Of a stretch of 64,000 bases of DNA, positions 40,595 to 53,549 are shown piece after piece. Every line of letters begins with the position of its first letter. The first letter of the stretch is position 1. The position numbers were made by a program, and so were the translations under genes. The stretch comes from Callorhinchus milii (lineage: Eukaryota). The notes beneath the pieces are model-generated. The model had not been told where the DNA came from, ran no database searches, and worked only from the letters and a program-made list of their open reading frames with translations. The stretch spans positions 64,978,001 through 65,042,000 of the forward strand of contig NW_024704743.1 of the NCBI RefSeq assembly GCF_018977255.1, read 5' to 3'.

Positions 40595-40790
40595 TTAACG
40601 AAACCTTGGGGAGCGTCTGCCAAGATGAGTTAGCTGGTTAGATGATGATAATAATAATAATAATATAGTATGTATGTAATGTTTAACTGTGCCGGTGCTT
40701 GTGTCCGCCTCTCACCCCGGGGTCCCTCTCAGCTCGTTGACTCACACTCACTGCTGGACTGAGGGAGGCACTGACTGACTGAGCGAGTGG
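40595..40790 (-). other. Probable non-coding first exon of the minus-strand gene
   Basis: Donor TTAA|GTAAGT at 40594; repeated TCAGT initiator-like motifs at about 40770-40785; CpG island edge. Confidence 0.6.
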
Positions 40791-41650
40791 AGCTTACGTG
40801 AGGGAGTGCGCGTGCGCAAGCCGCCTCCCTCCCTCCTCCTCCACTGAACAGAAGGCGACGCCTCGCGGGCGCCACAGCCCCTCCCCCCTCCTCCCCCCCG
40901 AGGCGAATAACCGTCGCCGCGCGAGAGCAGCTCCGGCTCGAGGCGGCCGCTAACGGCTGATTCACGCGCTTGCGGCCAGAGGAAGGGGCGGGGCAGCGCA
41001 GCGCAGCGCGCGGGGCCGTGAGCTCAGCCGAGCGTACGGCGGACACACGTTACCGCGGGCTTCAAGTTTCTCCGCGCACCCATTACTGACCCTCTCAAAA
41101 TGACAGTCGGTGGTAGTGGTGGTGGTGATGGTGGTGGTGGAAGGGAAAGTGGAGTCATTAAAGAGATGTAAGTTTGTAGGCGGGAGGGCGAGAGAGAGAG
41201 AGAGTGTGTGGCCGGGGCCGGGGCGGCATCCCGGAGGTTTCCACTCCGCCTGCTCCCCGGCCCCGGCCCCGGCCTCGGCCTCGTCAAACGCTCGAGTCAA
41301 GGTGCGCACACAGCTCGCCGGGGGGAGACGGCAGATGCGGTGCTGGAGCCGGGCAGCGTGTGTCCGGGCACCGTCCGGCCACTTGCGGCCGCTCGGGCTG
41401 TAGGGGTCGAAATGTAAATGTCCTGCGCCCACGTCGGGACTCCCTCCTTCACTTGGGCCTTGTGTGGTGATCGCCCGCAGCGCTGGACCCGCGCGGTGGC
41501 GATTTCCGGGCGCAGACGAGTTTGGTGAACGTTTTGACTTTTCAGGGCTATGATGTGTCGGCTCACATTTTCGGGCGTTCTGCTTCCCTCCCCGACTCAG
41601 CAGGTTCCCGGCCGGCTCTAAACCACACATGGTTACACAGCAGGTGACAC
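40700..41650. promoter_or_regulatory. CpG island, probable bidirectional promoter
   Basis: Dense CpG against a CpG-depleted background; NRF1-like TGCGCGTGCGCA at 40807-40818; GC boxes; outward-facing GTAAGT donors at 40594 (minus) and 41168 (plus). Confidence 0.85.
41100..41167 (+). other. Candidate first-exon 3' part of a divergent transcript (ATG at 41100)
   Basis: CAAAATGACA context with A at -3; donor GAT|GTAAGT. Confidence 0.4.
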
Positions 41651-42329
41651 CCCCCACCCCCCTCCCCGCCTTGGCAAGGCGTTTCCCAAAACCAGCACCC
41701 AAATGGACGACACATTGAAGTGTTATCTTTCCCCCAGAAGAGTTCTTGCTACAGTCGTCGTAGCCGGGCTGAGGGCAAAGGTTTAAAGTCGGGGCGTATT
41801 TATATCACTTGCTGCAGGAGCCCAAAAGCTCGTCTCGTTTATCGCTGCGATTTGTCATTCTGGTAACAGTCACACCATTATATTTGCACACAGAAGAGCT
41901 TCATTATATTTTGAGCTACAGGCAGCTCCTCATCGCCCTCTGGAAAACTCACCAGCTATCAAGATAGGTTCTCCAGATGAAGAGCGATGAGTTCTATTCA
42001 CTGTGTGTGTGTGTATGTTATATATATATATATATTTAGGGGAATCCAAAAGTCATTGGGGAAAGTTATTTTTTTTCATCTTAGATCTGAGGAAACTGAA
42101 CAAACATTTGAAGGAGGAAAAGTACAAGCTTTACTTTCCCCTTTCTCATTGTCCTCTGCACTTATCAACTTTCAGGGTCACATGCACTACTGCAGGGTGT
42201 TTTTCTCCAGCTTTCTGTTTATGAAATTCATGTCAGTCTGCAGTTCTTGCATGTCTATCCATATTTAGATGATAGGCTCATAAGAGGTTTCTGGCAAGAG
42301 ATTACTTGAGCAGCTGTTGAACAGGTACT

Positions 42330-42670
42330 CACAACTAGTACAATTCTGACAGATTCAAGTCCTACATTGGGACTTTGAACTTGCAATCTAGGTTGACCCG
42401 CCATTGCAAATTTGGGGTGCACTACATTGTCAGAGGTCCAATCCTTCAAGTGAAACATTAAACCAAAATCCCATCTACTTGTTCATGTGGATGTTAAAGA
42501 TCTCATAGCATTACTTGAAAAGAGGAGGGAGTTTCTTCAGTGTCCTGGCGAATAATCCCCATCCCCTGATAAAATTGGCATTCGCCAATGGCTATCCTCT
42601 GAAGTGCTTTGAAATGTCTAAACGATGTGATGAGGTGCTCTATCTGATGCAAGGATTAGTATATTATAAT
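42330..42670 (+). mobile_element. Deu-domain SINE, decayed
   Basis: ACATTGTCAGAGG...GAAACATTAAACC...GTGGATGTTAAAGATCTCATAGCATTA, tail TGCAAGGATTAG. Confidence 0.65.
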
Positions 42671-42770
42671 TTGGCTCTGATGCAATTTTAAGCCTGCTGT
42701 ACACTTCTTGACAGATCACACAATGGCTACGCAATAAACAGGATGCAAATTACTTTGGTTCCTCTGTCAG

Positions 42771-42898
42771 ATTCAATGTAGACGATCCTGAGAATGATAT
42801 TTCTCTAACCCAAGGCAGTGAGCATCTTGGATTAGAGAATCTAATTCTTCACTCAGCTCCATCGATGAAGATGTTGTCACAGAGTCACCAGAGGGCAG
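42771..42898 (+). other. Candidate exon 2 of the divergent transcript
   Basis: CTTTGGTTCCTCTGTCAG| acceptor, CAG|GTGGGA donor, open in the frame set by ATG 41100. Confidence 0.35.
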
Positions 42899-44604
42899 GT
42901 GGGAAGATCATCTTGTGCAGACGTTCAAGGTTGACACCACAGATGAAGAGAGTGTGGAGTGGGACAAATTAAGACATTTTCTATTGAGAACGAACTGGAC
43001 CTGTGGGAGACTGCAAGAACTTTAGAACATAGCCTACAGACTGAAGCAGTCAAGGTCAAGTCTACAGCTCACCAAACAATATTAGATAGTATCTAAGTGC
43101 TAATGTATAGGACATATGCACATTACTGAACTATACAGTAGTTTGTGTTCTTGTGAATAGTTTATTTTATGCTATGACACAGAATTTACATTAATGTGGT
43201 CAAAATTCCTCAGTCTGATTGCTGACCTTATTAGTGAGTTTTCACTACTAGTTGCTTGCCCATGGCTGTCACAACTACAGGATGACATTTCAGCACAGCA
43301 TTTACTAGAGGTGGACATACTAAAAGTTGGACTTTTTTTCCCTGCCTCATGTATTTATCCTCATTATAGAGCTTGTAGTACTAAGTGGAAGAAATCTAAT
43401 TATTAACCAAAAACATTATTCTGTTTGATTCTGGCAGTACCTTTTATAATAAATATATAATAATCCTTGCATTTGATAGAGCCCTTATCACATTGAGATA
43501 TTCTTGAATATACCCAAACTCTTAGTTATGCTTTCAACATCTCAGGAATAGATTTTTTTCCCCCCAATGATTTCTTCACTAACCTTTCCCAGACTTGCTT
43601 TTCAGATGCTTCAACTGATTCAGAATACTGCTGTCCAGGTTCTTTTCCATACAAGTCTATGGATACCACTGCCCCTTCACCACCCCTATCTTCACCTACC
43701 TCAGAATATTTGAGTATAAGATCTTTGACCTGGTCTTCAAATCCTGTTTTCTTCAGCCCGTACATTATTAATCGAGTTCATGACATGCTCCTCTTTCTAA
43801 CTACCAGGCCACTTCAGAATTTTATCTCTCTCCAAAAGTTCCTAAAACATGTTTGGATTGTGCCTTTCATGAACACATTTAAATGTCTTATTTCCCTGCT
43901 CAGGGAATCACCACTACATTTGCTAAGTGTTTTGAGATGTTTTTTGAAAGGTATTATATGCATGCACATTGTTGCTCATAACATTTTAGAATTTTAAATC
44001 ATGGAAACTGGCCACTTGACCCATCAAGTTTCACTAGAATTTTTCTCCACTTGAGTGACCTTATCCAATCTCATTGACTTGCTTGTATCCCATATCCTTT
44101 ACCTTTTCAAATATTATCTAATTCCCTTTTAAAATAATTTATGGACTCATTCTATAACTAAATTCCATGTTTCAACTACCATCTGCTTAAGATTTTTTTT
44201 TCTGACCTCCCTTTGCTCTTTATTGTCATTATCTTAAATTTGTGTCGACTTGTACACTCATTAACCCATTAACGTAATATTATTTACAGATCCATAATTT
44301 TGAAGATCTCATCTGATTATGAAAAAAAAGTTTATAAGTCTTTCTTCATAACTAATACATCTTTGTTTAGTCATGTATTACTTCATAACTAATACATCTT
44401 TGGTAACATCCTGGTGAGTCTTGTTCTGCACCTTTTTATTGTTTTTTTATACTTCATATTCTATTATCTGCAACAACTTTAAGTACTTATGGAATACTGC
44501 ACTCTTGGTTGTTTGGTTTCAGCATGGTTTTATTGAAATCGTGCTATTGTTTGTTTATCAACCATACCTGATCTATTATTCTATCTATTCTCTGGGCAAA
44601 ACCC

Positions 44605-44938
44605 TACTCCTCACAAGCAAGAGAACCTGGGTTCAGTTCCTGGACAGGGCGAAATGTTAGGCAAGTTTCCTTACTCCACACGTTTATGTAGCAGTAAGTA
44701 GGAACTTGATTGTTAGTTGATTGGCGAATTGCTTTTCTAGGGGTAATAATCTCCACCTCCCCTCCCCCCAAAAAAATTGGTCACTCCATCACAGTTTGTG
44801 GGACATTGCTGTGTGCCATGTTTTGCTCACAAAATACACAATCAATCCACTTATTTACAATATATCCTGTGAAATGCTTTGAGATGCCTCAACAATGTGA
44901 TAAGATGCTATATCAAATGCAAGTAGTATTATTACTAC
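44605..44938 (+). mobile_element. tRNA-derived SINE, long form, head truncated; old minus-strand CR1 at about 43990-44480 precedes it
   Basis: Body and tail match. Confidence 0.8.
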
Positions 44939-45923
44939 TAAAGAAATTATAACACTCCATTTACACACATGATTTTTAAAAGCAAAAAATATTTTGGAAT
45001 AAATTAAAAGAAGCCTGCAGCATCTTCTGAAACAGATGGAGACTGGCCTACCCAGAATTGAGGAAGGATTTGCCTCATCACCTTGAAAAATCTTCACAGG
45101 TAAATATTGTCATGTATAGTCAGCAACCATTTGATTCAGCAAGATCCCAACAAATAGTCATGCGAGACCAGTTAACAAAATCACTTTTATTTCCAAGTAA
45201 TGTTAAGGCTTACCTGAACATGCAAACAAGAACTCAGGTTAATATCTCATTGTTTGAAAGCGAATGGAGCATTCCCCTAAAGTTGCACTGGAGTTTCATT
45301 TTAGTCGTGAACTTGAGTCTTGATGTAGGGATTGAACTCATAATATTCTGACCAAGTGAAAGTGCTACCAAGTGAGTCAGAAAGTACTGGTTGCTCCTTC
45401 TACCTAAAGGGCAACCACTACAAAATCATTTCTAGACTATAAGAGACAAGAAACTGCTTGTATATATTTTAATTTTGAGGGATGTTCAGAGTATTCGATA
45501 CAGACAATAGGAAACAGTCATTAGCATTGACAATGACTACTGGGTTTGTGGTAACACATAGCTTTTACTAACCCACGTGACTGACCTTACCCACTTTTTC
45601 TACTAGTGTTGGCCTTCTTTCTAATCTGAAAAATTGAGCATGAAGACCACACATTTGTTAGTGGTTTGACTATACTTATCTCATATCTGCCTGTTAATGC
45701 TTCTTTGCATTAGGCATAAGAGTCATTGTTGGTCTGCTTCTATTGGAGGCTGTAGAAGAAGGCATCTCAGGAATGGTAAGCAGTGGCCTAACATTCTGCT
45801 ATGTTGAAAGAGTGGCATATGTTCCAATCTATAATCACTCCTTCAATTAGGTCAGCTAGCTGAACAGTCAAGTGATTGGCATGAAGACCAATCTCTGAAC
45901 TCCTGTGAAATGGCCCTTGATGT

Positions 45924-46432
45924 CAATAATAATAATCCTTGCATTTGATATATCGGCTTATCAAAATATAATCGTTTCCCCCAAAAAATATAGTCAATTC
46001 ACTTTCCAGCATGTTCTGTGAAGCGCTTTGAGATGTCGCAAAGGCATGATAAAGCACTATATCAAATGCAAAAACAACAAAATTGCATTTATAGAGCGCC
46101 TTTCGCGTCGGGAGGACGTCCCAAGGCGCTGGACAGTTGGATGCAAGGATTATTATTATCATATCAAGATGGTCACAACATCTTGGCAGCATCAGGACCA
46201 CAGCAACTGGCAATTCAACTGGTTGCAAAATACAGTCAATCCACAATATATCCTGTGAAGCGCTTTGAAATGTCTCAACAATGTGATAATAATAATTCTT
46301 GCATTTGATATAGCACCTTATCACGTCTTTGAGATGTCTCAAAGTGCTTCACAGAATATACTGTAAAGTGTAGTGACTATATTTTGCAGGCAAAATATAT
46401 ATATGGCGCTATATCAAATGCAAGAATTATTG
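45924..46432. mobile_element. Cluster of nested SINE and L2 tails in alternating orientation
   Basis: At least five tail fragments; the L2 tail at about 46072-46140 is flanked by ATGCAA on both sides. Confidence 0.85.
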
Positions 46433-46589
46433 TAAATGTAAGGAGTGAATAGTAAAGAAAATGAGCAGGAAACTGCAAAATGACCTTGAACATATGGGGG
46501 AATAATGGCAATGGTAGTTCAATAATAAATTAGTACACTTTAGATATGAAAACATCAGAAGATAATACATGCTAAATTGACATGAGCTG

Positions 46590-47228
46590 TAGCGTTTTGG
46601 ATAGTCAGTAGTAGCATTCTTAAGTTGGAAGGTTGTGGGTTCAAGCACCACGTCACAACTTGTAGTTACGTAGTTTAAGCTGACATTTCCAGTGCTGGGG
46701 GAGGGGCAGTTGCAGTGCTAGAGGTGCTATTCTGAGGCCTTAAAACTAAGGTCCCGACTGCTTATTCAGGTGGGCATTAAAGATCCCATGGCACTATTTG
46801 AAAAGAGAAGGGAGTTTGTTCGGATCTGGAATGCATTGCCTGAAAGGATGGTGGAAGCTGATTTGATAACAACTTTTAAGAGAGAAGTAGATAATTATTT
46901 GGGGAGGACAAGTTTGCAGGGCTATGGGGAGAGAGGGGGGGAATGGGATTGATTTGGATAGCTCTTTTCAAAGAGCCACAGACACGATGGGCCGAATGGC
47001 CTCCTGTGCAATATAATTCTATGATTCTCCCAGTTTCCTGCTCAACAATCTCGAAATAAAGTTGATCATTCATTTCAGGACTGTTTGTGAGATATTGCTG
47101 TACGCAAAATTGGCTGCCTCATTTGCGCACAAATGCGCAGTCACTCCACTTTATAGTAAATCCTGTGGAGTGCTTTGTGATGTCTTTCTGACGTGAATGG
47201 TGCTGTATAAAATGCAAGGATTATTATT
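46590..47228 (+). mobile_element. Deu-domain SINE interrupted by a CR1 3' end (about 46812-47025)
   Basis: CAGGTGGGCATTAAAGATCCCATGGCACTATTTGAAAAGAG, then CR1 WNALPERMVEA...GGCCGAATGGCCTCCTGTG, then the SINE resumes. Confidence 0.8.
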
Positions 47229-48597
47229 TAAGCGGTTCAAGATGCTACCCCGTGTGAAGGGCACTTCTGTTCTATAAGTGCAAGTTGTTGTTGTCTACAG
47301 CATGTGGATGGAAGAATTGGGAAGTCAGGTGTACATAGAGTTCGCGCCGTCTAGCCTGGACGTGATGAAAGCATGAACAAGGGTCTTGGTGGCCCAAGGG
47401 GAGAGGTGGTGGCGGAGGTGGGCTACGTTGCAGAGGTGGGAGAAAGCTGAATGGGTAAGAGCATAGATATGGGGTTTGAAGGACAAGCACTGAATAGCAA
47501 GCTTTTCTGCTACTTGTCCAGCTCGGACCACTCTACCTTTTAGGACTTTGGCTTGCAGGGTTAATAGGATCTGAACGAGTTGGAGGATTCCCTAGTGATA
47601 GTCAGTTTAAAGGACAATTGAGAGTAAATCTAGAATCACATGTGTGCAGTACATTCTAACGTATCAAAATAATATGATTAAGGCAGTCTCCAAGTCCATT
47701 GTAAATACTGTAATTCAAAATGTATTTTCCCACAGAATTATATTTGTGCAGATGGCTCCTACTTTTGCACTTTTTTTTGAGCACAACAATTGCGCAACTT
47801 TTTTTCTGTGGTGTTTGATGAGGGAAAGAGACTGAATTAGCGCATGAGATCACCTTGTGCCAAGTTCAGCACACTCAAGGGCCTCGCTGCAAAAAGGATC
47901 ATGTGGCACTCCATCATTACTTGAACAAGGTTGCCTTTGCTAAAATGCTAAAACATGCCTCAATATGCACTCTGCAACTAAAATTAAGGCACCTGAATGT
48001 ATCCATACCAGCAATACCCAAACGTTAAGTTAGTGGTTCTACAATTGCAATATCAATTGTTATTAAATAATAATTTAGAAATGTATTAATGACAACCATT
48101 TCATTTCACTTTTTTGTTTGATTTTCAATGGCCTTTCATATTTAGAGAATATCTCAAAGTGCTTCATATGATTGTATTGTAATGTCTAATAACGGTGTAG
48201 GCGAAAACAACAGTCATTTTATGCACAGCAGTGTAAGATTATATTTGTGATGCTTAATGTTTTTTAAAGTTTTTTAATGAATCTCTATATACTTCTAGAA
48301 TGTAACCTACCCATAATCGTTTAATAAGGTTTTGATTTAATGACCCCCCCTTAGCAGGGATTAAAAGTAGCTTGCTCGACCAGTTGAAGTCAGTTTCTGA
48401 TTACGTTTCATATTTTCCTGGGAAGATGTGTACTCCTTTGAAATAATGAGCAATCAGGTCCTTAAGCCAGATATAAGAACAATAGACCTCAGGGAGAAAA
48501 GGCTACAGCCTCAGACACCTGCCTATTTCAAGGCTGAAAAACATGCAGGAGAAGGCTGCCAAAACTAAGGTTGCCCATCTCTCTTTCTCCCTATCAG

Positions 48598-48760
48598 TTC
48601 TGTGCCCATGGGAAAAGAGCCTGCGCAAGGTTGCTAGAAGCTTGCCATGTATTGGGGCTTCATTCTGTGACAAGGGAAGGCGGAGTTAGAAACACTATGA
48701 AACAGTGGAAGTTGACGTGGGAGTCGACAGAGGGTCAACGCTTCTTCCCAGTGGGACAAG
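48598..48760 (+). other. Candidate exon 3 of the divergent transcript (163 nt)
   Basis: Branch-like ACTAA near 48565, tract CCCATCTCTCTTTCTCCCTATCAG|, donor AAG|GTAATA. Confidence 0.5.
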
Positions 48761-48861
48761 GTAATATCGATTTTACTGTATCTATTGTCTCAATTGGAGC
48801 TTGTGTGACTTACTTAATAAACTTTTTACATAACCGTATTGGTCGTCTCCATCCGACTCTC

Positions 48862-49055
48862 TTACAGCAGTGTCCCACAAACAGTCATGAAGTGAGTAAC
48901 CAATTTAATTTGGAGACTTGTTGGCCAGGACACCAGGAGAGACTCCCTTCTCGTTTCGAGTCGTGCCATGGATCTTTAACATCCAGGCAGACGGGACTTC
49001 AGTTTAACCTCTCATCTGAAGGATGGCACCTCTAACAATGCAGCACAACCCCAGC
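48862..49055 (-). mobile_element. Deu-domain SINE fragment
   Basis: GTGCCATGGATCTTTAACATCC...GTTTAACCTCTCATCTGAAGGATGGCACCTC. Confidence 0.75.
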
Positions 49056-50054
49056 ACTAGATTGAGCATTGCTTGACAAATAATTCATAAGAGTGTTTGA
49101 TTTTTGATAGCTGGGAGATGAAATTGCAACAAGACGACATATCTTTTTCAAAATAAAATGACATAAATCTTTTGTATTATTTGGAAGCAAAATGAGTTTA
49201 AAAGATTCCCTATTTGGGATTTCTACATTTAATTAAAATAGATTGAAACAATCTTAAACTCAGAGTAAGTAAACATTATGCAAATAAATTAAAAAATACT
49301 GTTAAGTACATTTTTGGAATGGAATGATTCTATGCTTGATATCAATCAAAAAACAAAGCTTTAGGGCTATAAGTTTAAAATCAAATTGGTTTAACTTTAT
49401 ATATGTAAACATAATACTTAATGTTCTTGTCTAAGTAAATATCTTTAATACATTTGCTGAACATAGCCCCAGCCACTGAATCTGTATCATAAAGTCATTC
49501 CTGTCTTGATCACTCTATACCCAGCACTAATGGTTTTAGCTACATGCTGCTCCTTTCGTTTGGCACAAGACCTGAATGAACTATTGTTTATCTCAAATTC
49601 TTAAGACCAACCTACAATAGTTTTTTTATGTGCTTCATTATGTTTAACAAAGCAATTATTAGAAATAAAATGGTATGCACATTGCAGTGAAATTTATTTG
49701 GAATAGAAATGCACAAGAGGTTTTCGTTGTACAGCAGAAGAAATTAGTGCATCCCCAAACTCATGTTAAGACCTTCAATTGATGGATATTGGCCAGTTAT
49801 TTGCACCAAGTAGATAAATATCCAGTGTTGATCCACGTGAATGAGACACTTGACTAGAAATCAAGGTTAATCTGTGCTGTAATCTGTCCTGTGCTGTAAT
49901 CATTGGTTCTAAAAATCTTTGTAATAACTTAACTAAGGTGTTTTCCAAGAAATTGTAAGCTTTACAAGTGGTTACTATTTGTAGTACTATGGAAATTTGC
50001 TACTTTTTTATTTGCAATTGCATTTTAAAATTCCTGTTTAGTACTTGTGGTCCA

Positions 50055-50415
50055 GAGACCTGTAGCTCAGTGGTTAGAGTATTTGCCTCACAAGCGAGAG
50101 ACCCGGGTTCGATCCCTGGCAGGGCGAAATTTTGGGCAAGTTTCCTTACTCCACACGCCGTTTACTTAGCAGTAAGTAGGAACCCGGTTGTTGGTCGATT
50201 GGAGGATTGCTTTTACGGAGATAATACTTCCTTCAAAAAAATAATAAATTGGTCACTTCAATCTTGATTGTTTGTGGGACACTGCTGTGCATAATTGGTT
50301 GCCCGGTTTTGCCCACAAAATATACAGTCAATTCATTTTACAGTATATTCTGTGAAGCACTTTGAAACATCTCGAAAACGTGATAAAGCGCTATATCAAA
50401 TGCAAGGATTATTAT
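50055..50415 (+). mobile_element. tRNA-derived SINE, long form
   Basis: B-box GGTTCGATCCC, full body and tail. Confidence 0.92.
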
Positions 50416-50614
50416 ATTGTGCTACTGATATCACACATGGTTATGAGTATGTAATATTTCAACAATAGCAGTCAGGATTGCATTTGGAGGTTTTCAAAAG
50501 TACAAGATTGAATCATCAAAAATCAAAAATCATCATTCTTTTCCTGTCATTGGCTACAAATTTTAATGAAACCATCACTTTAATTCTCAAAATGTAGCAC
50601 AATTGTAGTACAGT

Positions 50615-52960
50615 TGTCAGTTTAGCGCAGTTGGTAACATTCTTGCCTCTGAGCCAGAAATTTGTGGGTTCAGGCCCTACATCAGGACTTTGGACTGGTA
50701 TAGTCTAGGCCAGGAGTAGCAATTATTTTGGCTGGCGGGCCACTTTACGAGTTTTGGTAAGCGTCGCGGGCCACACACTTAACATAGATGCAAATGCTTA
50801 ATAATAGCTCAAAATCAAGTATTACACTTGTACATGCATAAAATAAAGTCTATATAATTGACATTAAAATTAGGTTAAATAAAAACAACTCATTGAGCAG
50901 ATATTTATTCACATATCGATGAGAATGTGAGAAGCTCGTTCAATGGGAAGAACGAAAGCACTGATGTGCGTTAACCAGACAATTGAAGTCAGCATCGTCT
51001 CCATTGTTGCAATGCGGAATACTGCTGCAAGGTGGTCATCAGTCATCACAGATCTATGTTTTGATTTATTGAATTTCATCATAGAAAATGTCTCCTTGCA
51101 TATGTATGTTGATCCAAGCAGCACAAGCATCCACCGAGCATGAGCCTTTATTTTTGGAAAGGTATATTCATTAAGAGAGATGTAAAAACTGGGAAGCGGC
51201 ACTGATTTGAATTGCTCCGAAAGCAATGGATCATATTGTAAGTCAATAAGCTTGAATTGGAGGTCAAATGGGGCTTTGTCAACATCAAATGAGAAAGGTG
51301 AAGAGACCAAAGACACATCGTTTTCGATCAAATTGAAATCCTGGAATCTGCGAGAAAATTCGGCATGTACGTAGTGACAAAGTATACTTTTTAAGGTTTT
51401 GATCGCAAAAAGTAATCTGCTGCAAAGTTGGAAAGTGGACGAACAGCCTGTTTTCTATCTGACACGATAAAATAATTTTGTCATAAATGACCTGACACTG
51501 CAATACAAATCATACACAAAGGCCCCCTTCCATTGCAGTTTTGAATTCAGTTCATTCATGTGGCGCATGATATCAACTGCAAATGCGAAATCATAGAGCC
51601 AATTCGCATCATTCAGCTGTGGGAAATCCAAAACTTTTTGTTTCATGTCAAAAATAAATCAATCTCTTCTCAATTCCCACACTCTTTTCAAGGCCTTTCC
51701 TGAACTAAGCCGTCTTACATTCGTGTGATACAGAACATCCATGTGCTCAGATTCCAATTCCTCAAGCAGAATTATAAATTGCCTGTGGTTTAATCCTCTT
51801 GCTCGAATGTAGTTGACCACTTTTGTAACTGCTTAGTTTTAGAACACTCTTACAGAGGACCTCTTGGTGGATAATGCAGTGTAGAAAAACAATATTCTGG
51901 ATTTGTTTCTTTGATTTGATCTTGAATTCTTTTCAGTAACCTTGGGCTACCATCAGTGGTCACATTCACCAATGTTTTCCACTCCACTCCTAATTTTAAG
52001 ATACACTTATTTACTGCCTCCAAAAAATCTTTTCCAGTTGTTGTATCTTTCATTGACTGCATTGATGCCAATTCTTCTGTGAGCTCAAAATGTTTGGTGA
52101 TACCTCGAATAAAAATGATCAACTGGGCTGTGTCTTTGACATCACAACTCTCAAGTGTGGTGAAAAACATGCCAAATTGCTTACTTTATTTTGTAACTGC
52201 ACACTTTTAATTTTATTTTTTAATTTATTTTTATTGATTTGTTTTATTTTCCACCCACACTGGTAAAAAAAGTATTTAAAAGTCCATTCTTTGTTGAATA
52301 TTCGGCCTTCAGCGTCCACTTTCTGCTTCTTTGATAAACTCATTTTGATTTAATGTCTTCTTGAATGAAAAGTATTGCTGTGGTTGCTGTGTGCACGTGT
52401 TTGAAAATTTGCCGATCCGTACATTTCTGACATCAGCCTGATTCAACACTTAAGGGAGCGTGCGTGCAACTAAGCAGTTTAATTGGCTGATGTTCCCGGT
52501 CAGATTCAAATGCAAAATTTGTGCGACTTTCTGGGACTGAACAAACTATAATTTTTTCTATTGCTAGACACAATGATGGGCCGGATAGAATCATTTGTCG
52601 GGCTGGATGTGGCCCGTGGGCCATATTTTGCCCACCCTGGTCTAGGCTAAAACTCCAATGCAGCTGGGTTGTGCTGCATTGTCGAAGGTGCTGTCCTTCA
52701 GATAAAATGTTAAACTGAGATACTGTCAGCCATTTCAGGTAGATGTTAAGCATACATGACATTTGCATTCAAAAAGAGAAGAGTGTTTTTCCTGGTATCC
52801 AGCCAACAATCTCCCAAATAATATTGGGAATTCGCTTCATGACAGTGGGAGCTTGCTGTGCACAAAATTGGCCGACAAAATACACAGTCATGCCACTTCA
52901 CAGTGAATCATTGAGACATCCTCCTAATGTGAAAGGCATATCAAATGCAAGCATTATTAA
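50615..52960 (+). mobile_element. Deu-domain SINE split by the hAT insertion (50615-50710 plus 52648-52960)
   Basis: Head ends TAGTCTAGGC; resumes TAAAACTCCAATGCAG...GTGCTGCATTGTCGAAGGTGCTGTCCTTCAGAT. Confidence 0.8.
50711..52639 (-). mobile_element. hAT (Charlie/Buster group, SPIN/GTF2IRD2-like) DNA transposon; transposase decayed and internally deleted
   Basis: 8-bp TSD GTCTAGGC at 50703-50710 and 52640-52647; imperfect CAGG TIRs; peptides KKQKVDAEGRIFNKEWTFKYFF, ESCDVKDTAQLIIFIRG, VTTDGSP, WLYDFAFAVDI, GSTYICKETFSMMK. Confidence 0.93.
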
Positions 52961-53549
52961 TAAATGTACAGAATATAGTATAAAGTGAAGCACCAGATAG
53001 GCCTGTGCAACTGAGAAGTGTATAAACTTTTAATAATTATTTTACTGTTGTATGCGCTCATTGTTCTCATTTGTACACATGGCCAAGAGTACAAGTTGTA
53101 AGTACATTGAAATAAATTATTAATTTCAAGGAGAAACCTTAAAAGTTTAAATAATGGGTAGGATATCTTTACTGTAATAATTCTTACTATTAGTTTAATC
53201 TACAATTATAAATGCAACCGTATCTAATTAACTTATCAAATAGTTTGAATAAAGATGTACTCTCAGGAACACTGTACATTTTCAGACCCTCACAACAATT
53301 ACAAATGCCTTTAACTGTGTGCAAATTACTCAACTATTCCACAGTTACATATTCTTTTTGTTGCTTGATTATGAACAGCTGAATAATGATAGAGATATAC
53401 TCCAGACACTCAGTGGTCATTTTATCTCTACTATACATCATTTACTATAGTTTATTATTGACAGATAGGCTATTTTATGCAGACATTTATATTTAAGAGT
53501 TTACTGTTTGCTCAATATGTTATTTCTAGTTTGGTAATGGTGGCAACCA

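Noticed and set aside
40729..41702. Long ORFs over the CpG island (up to 246 aa)
   Set aside because: GC-rich, stop-poor sequence with low-complexity translation and no recognisable domain.
44344..44402. 22-bp near-tandem duplication CTTCATAACTAATACATCTTTG
   Set aside because: Ordinary slippage or repair duplication within an old CR1.
45924..46432. CRISPR-like or regularly spaced array
   Set aside because: Units are retroposon tails in mixed orientation with irregular spacing; the sequence is eukaryotic and has no cas genes.
50055..50130. tRNA genes at SINE heads (also 1788, 13390, 34389)
   Set aside because: They run directly into SINE bodies and lack a complete acceptor stem.
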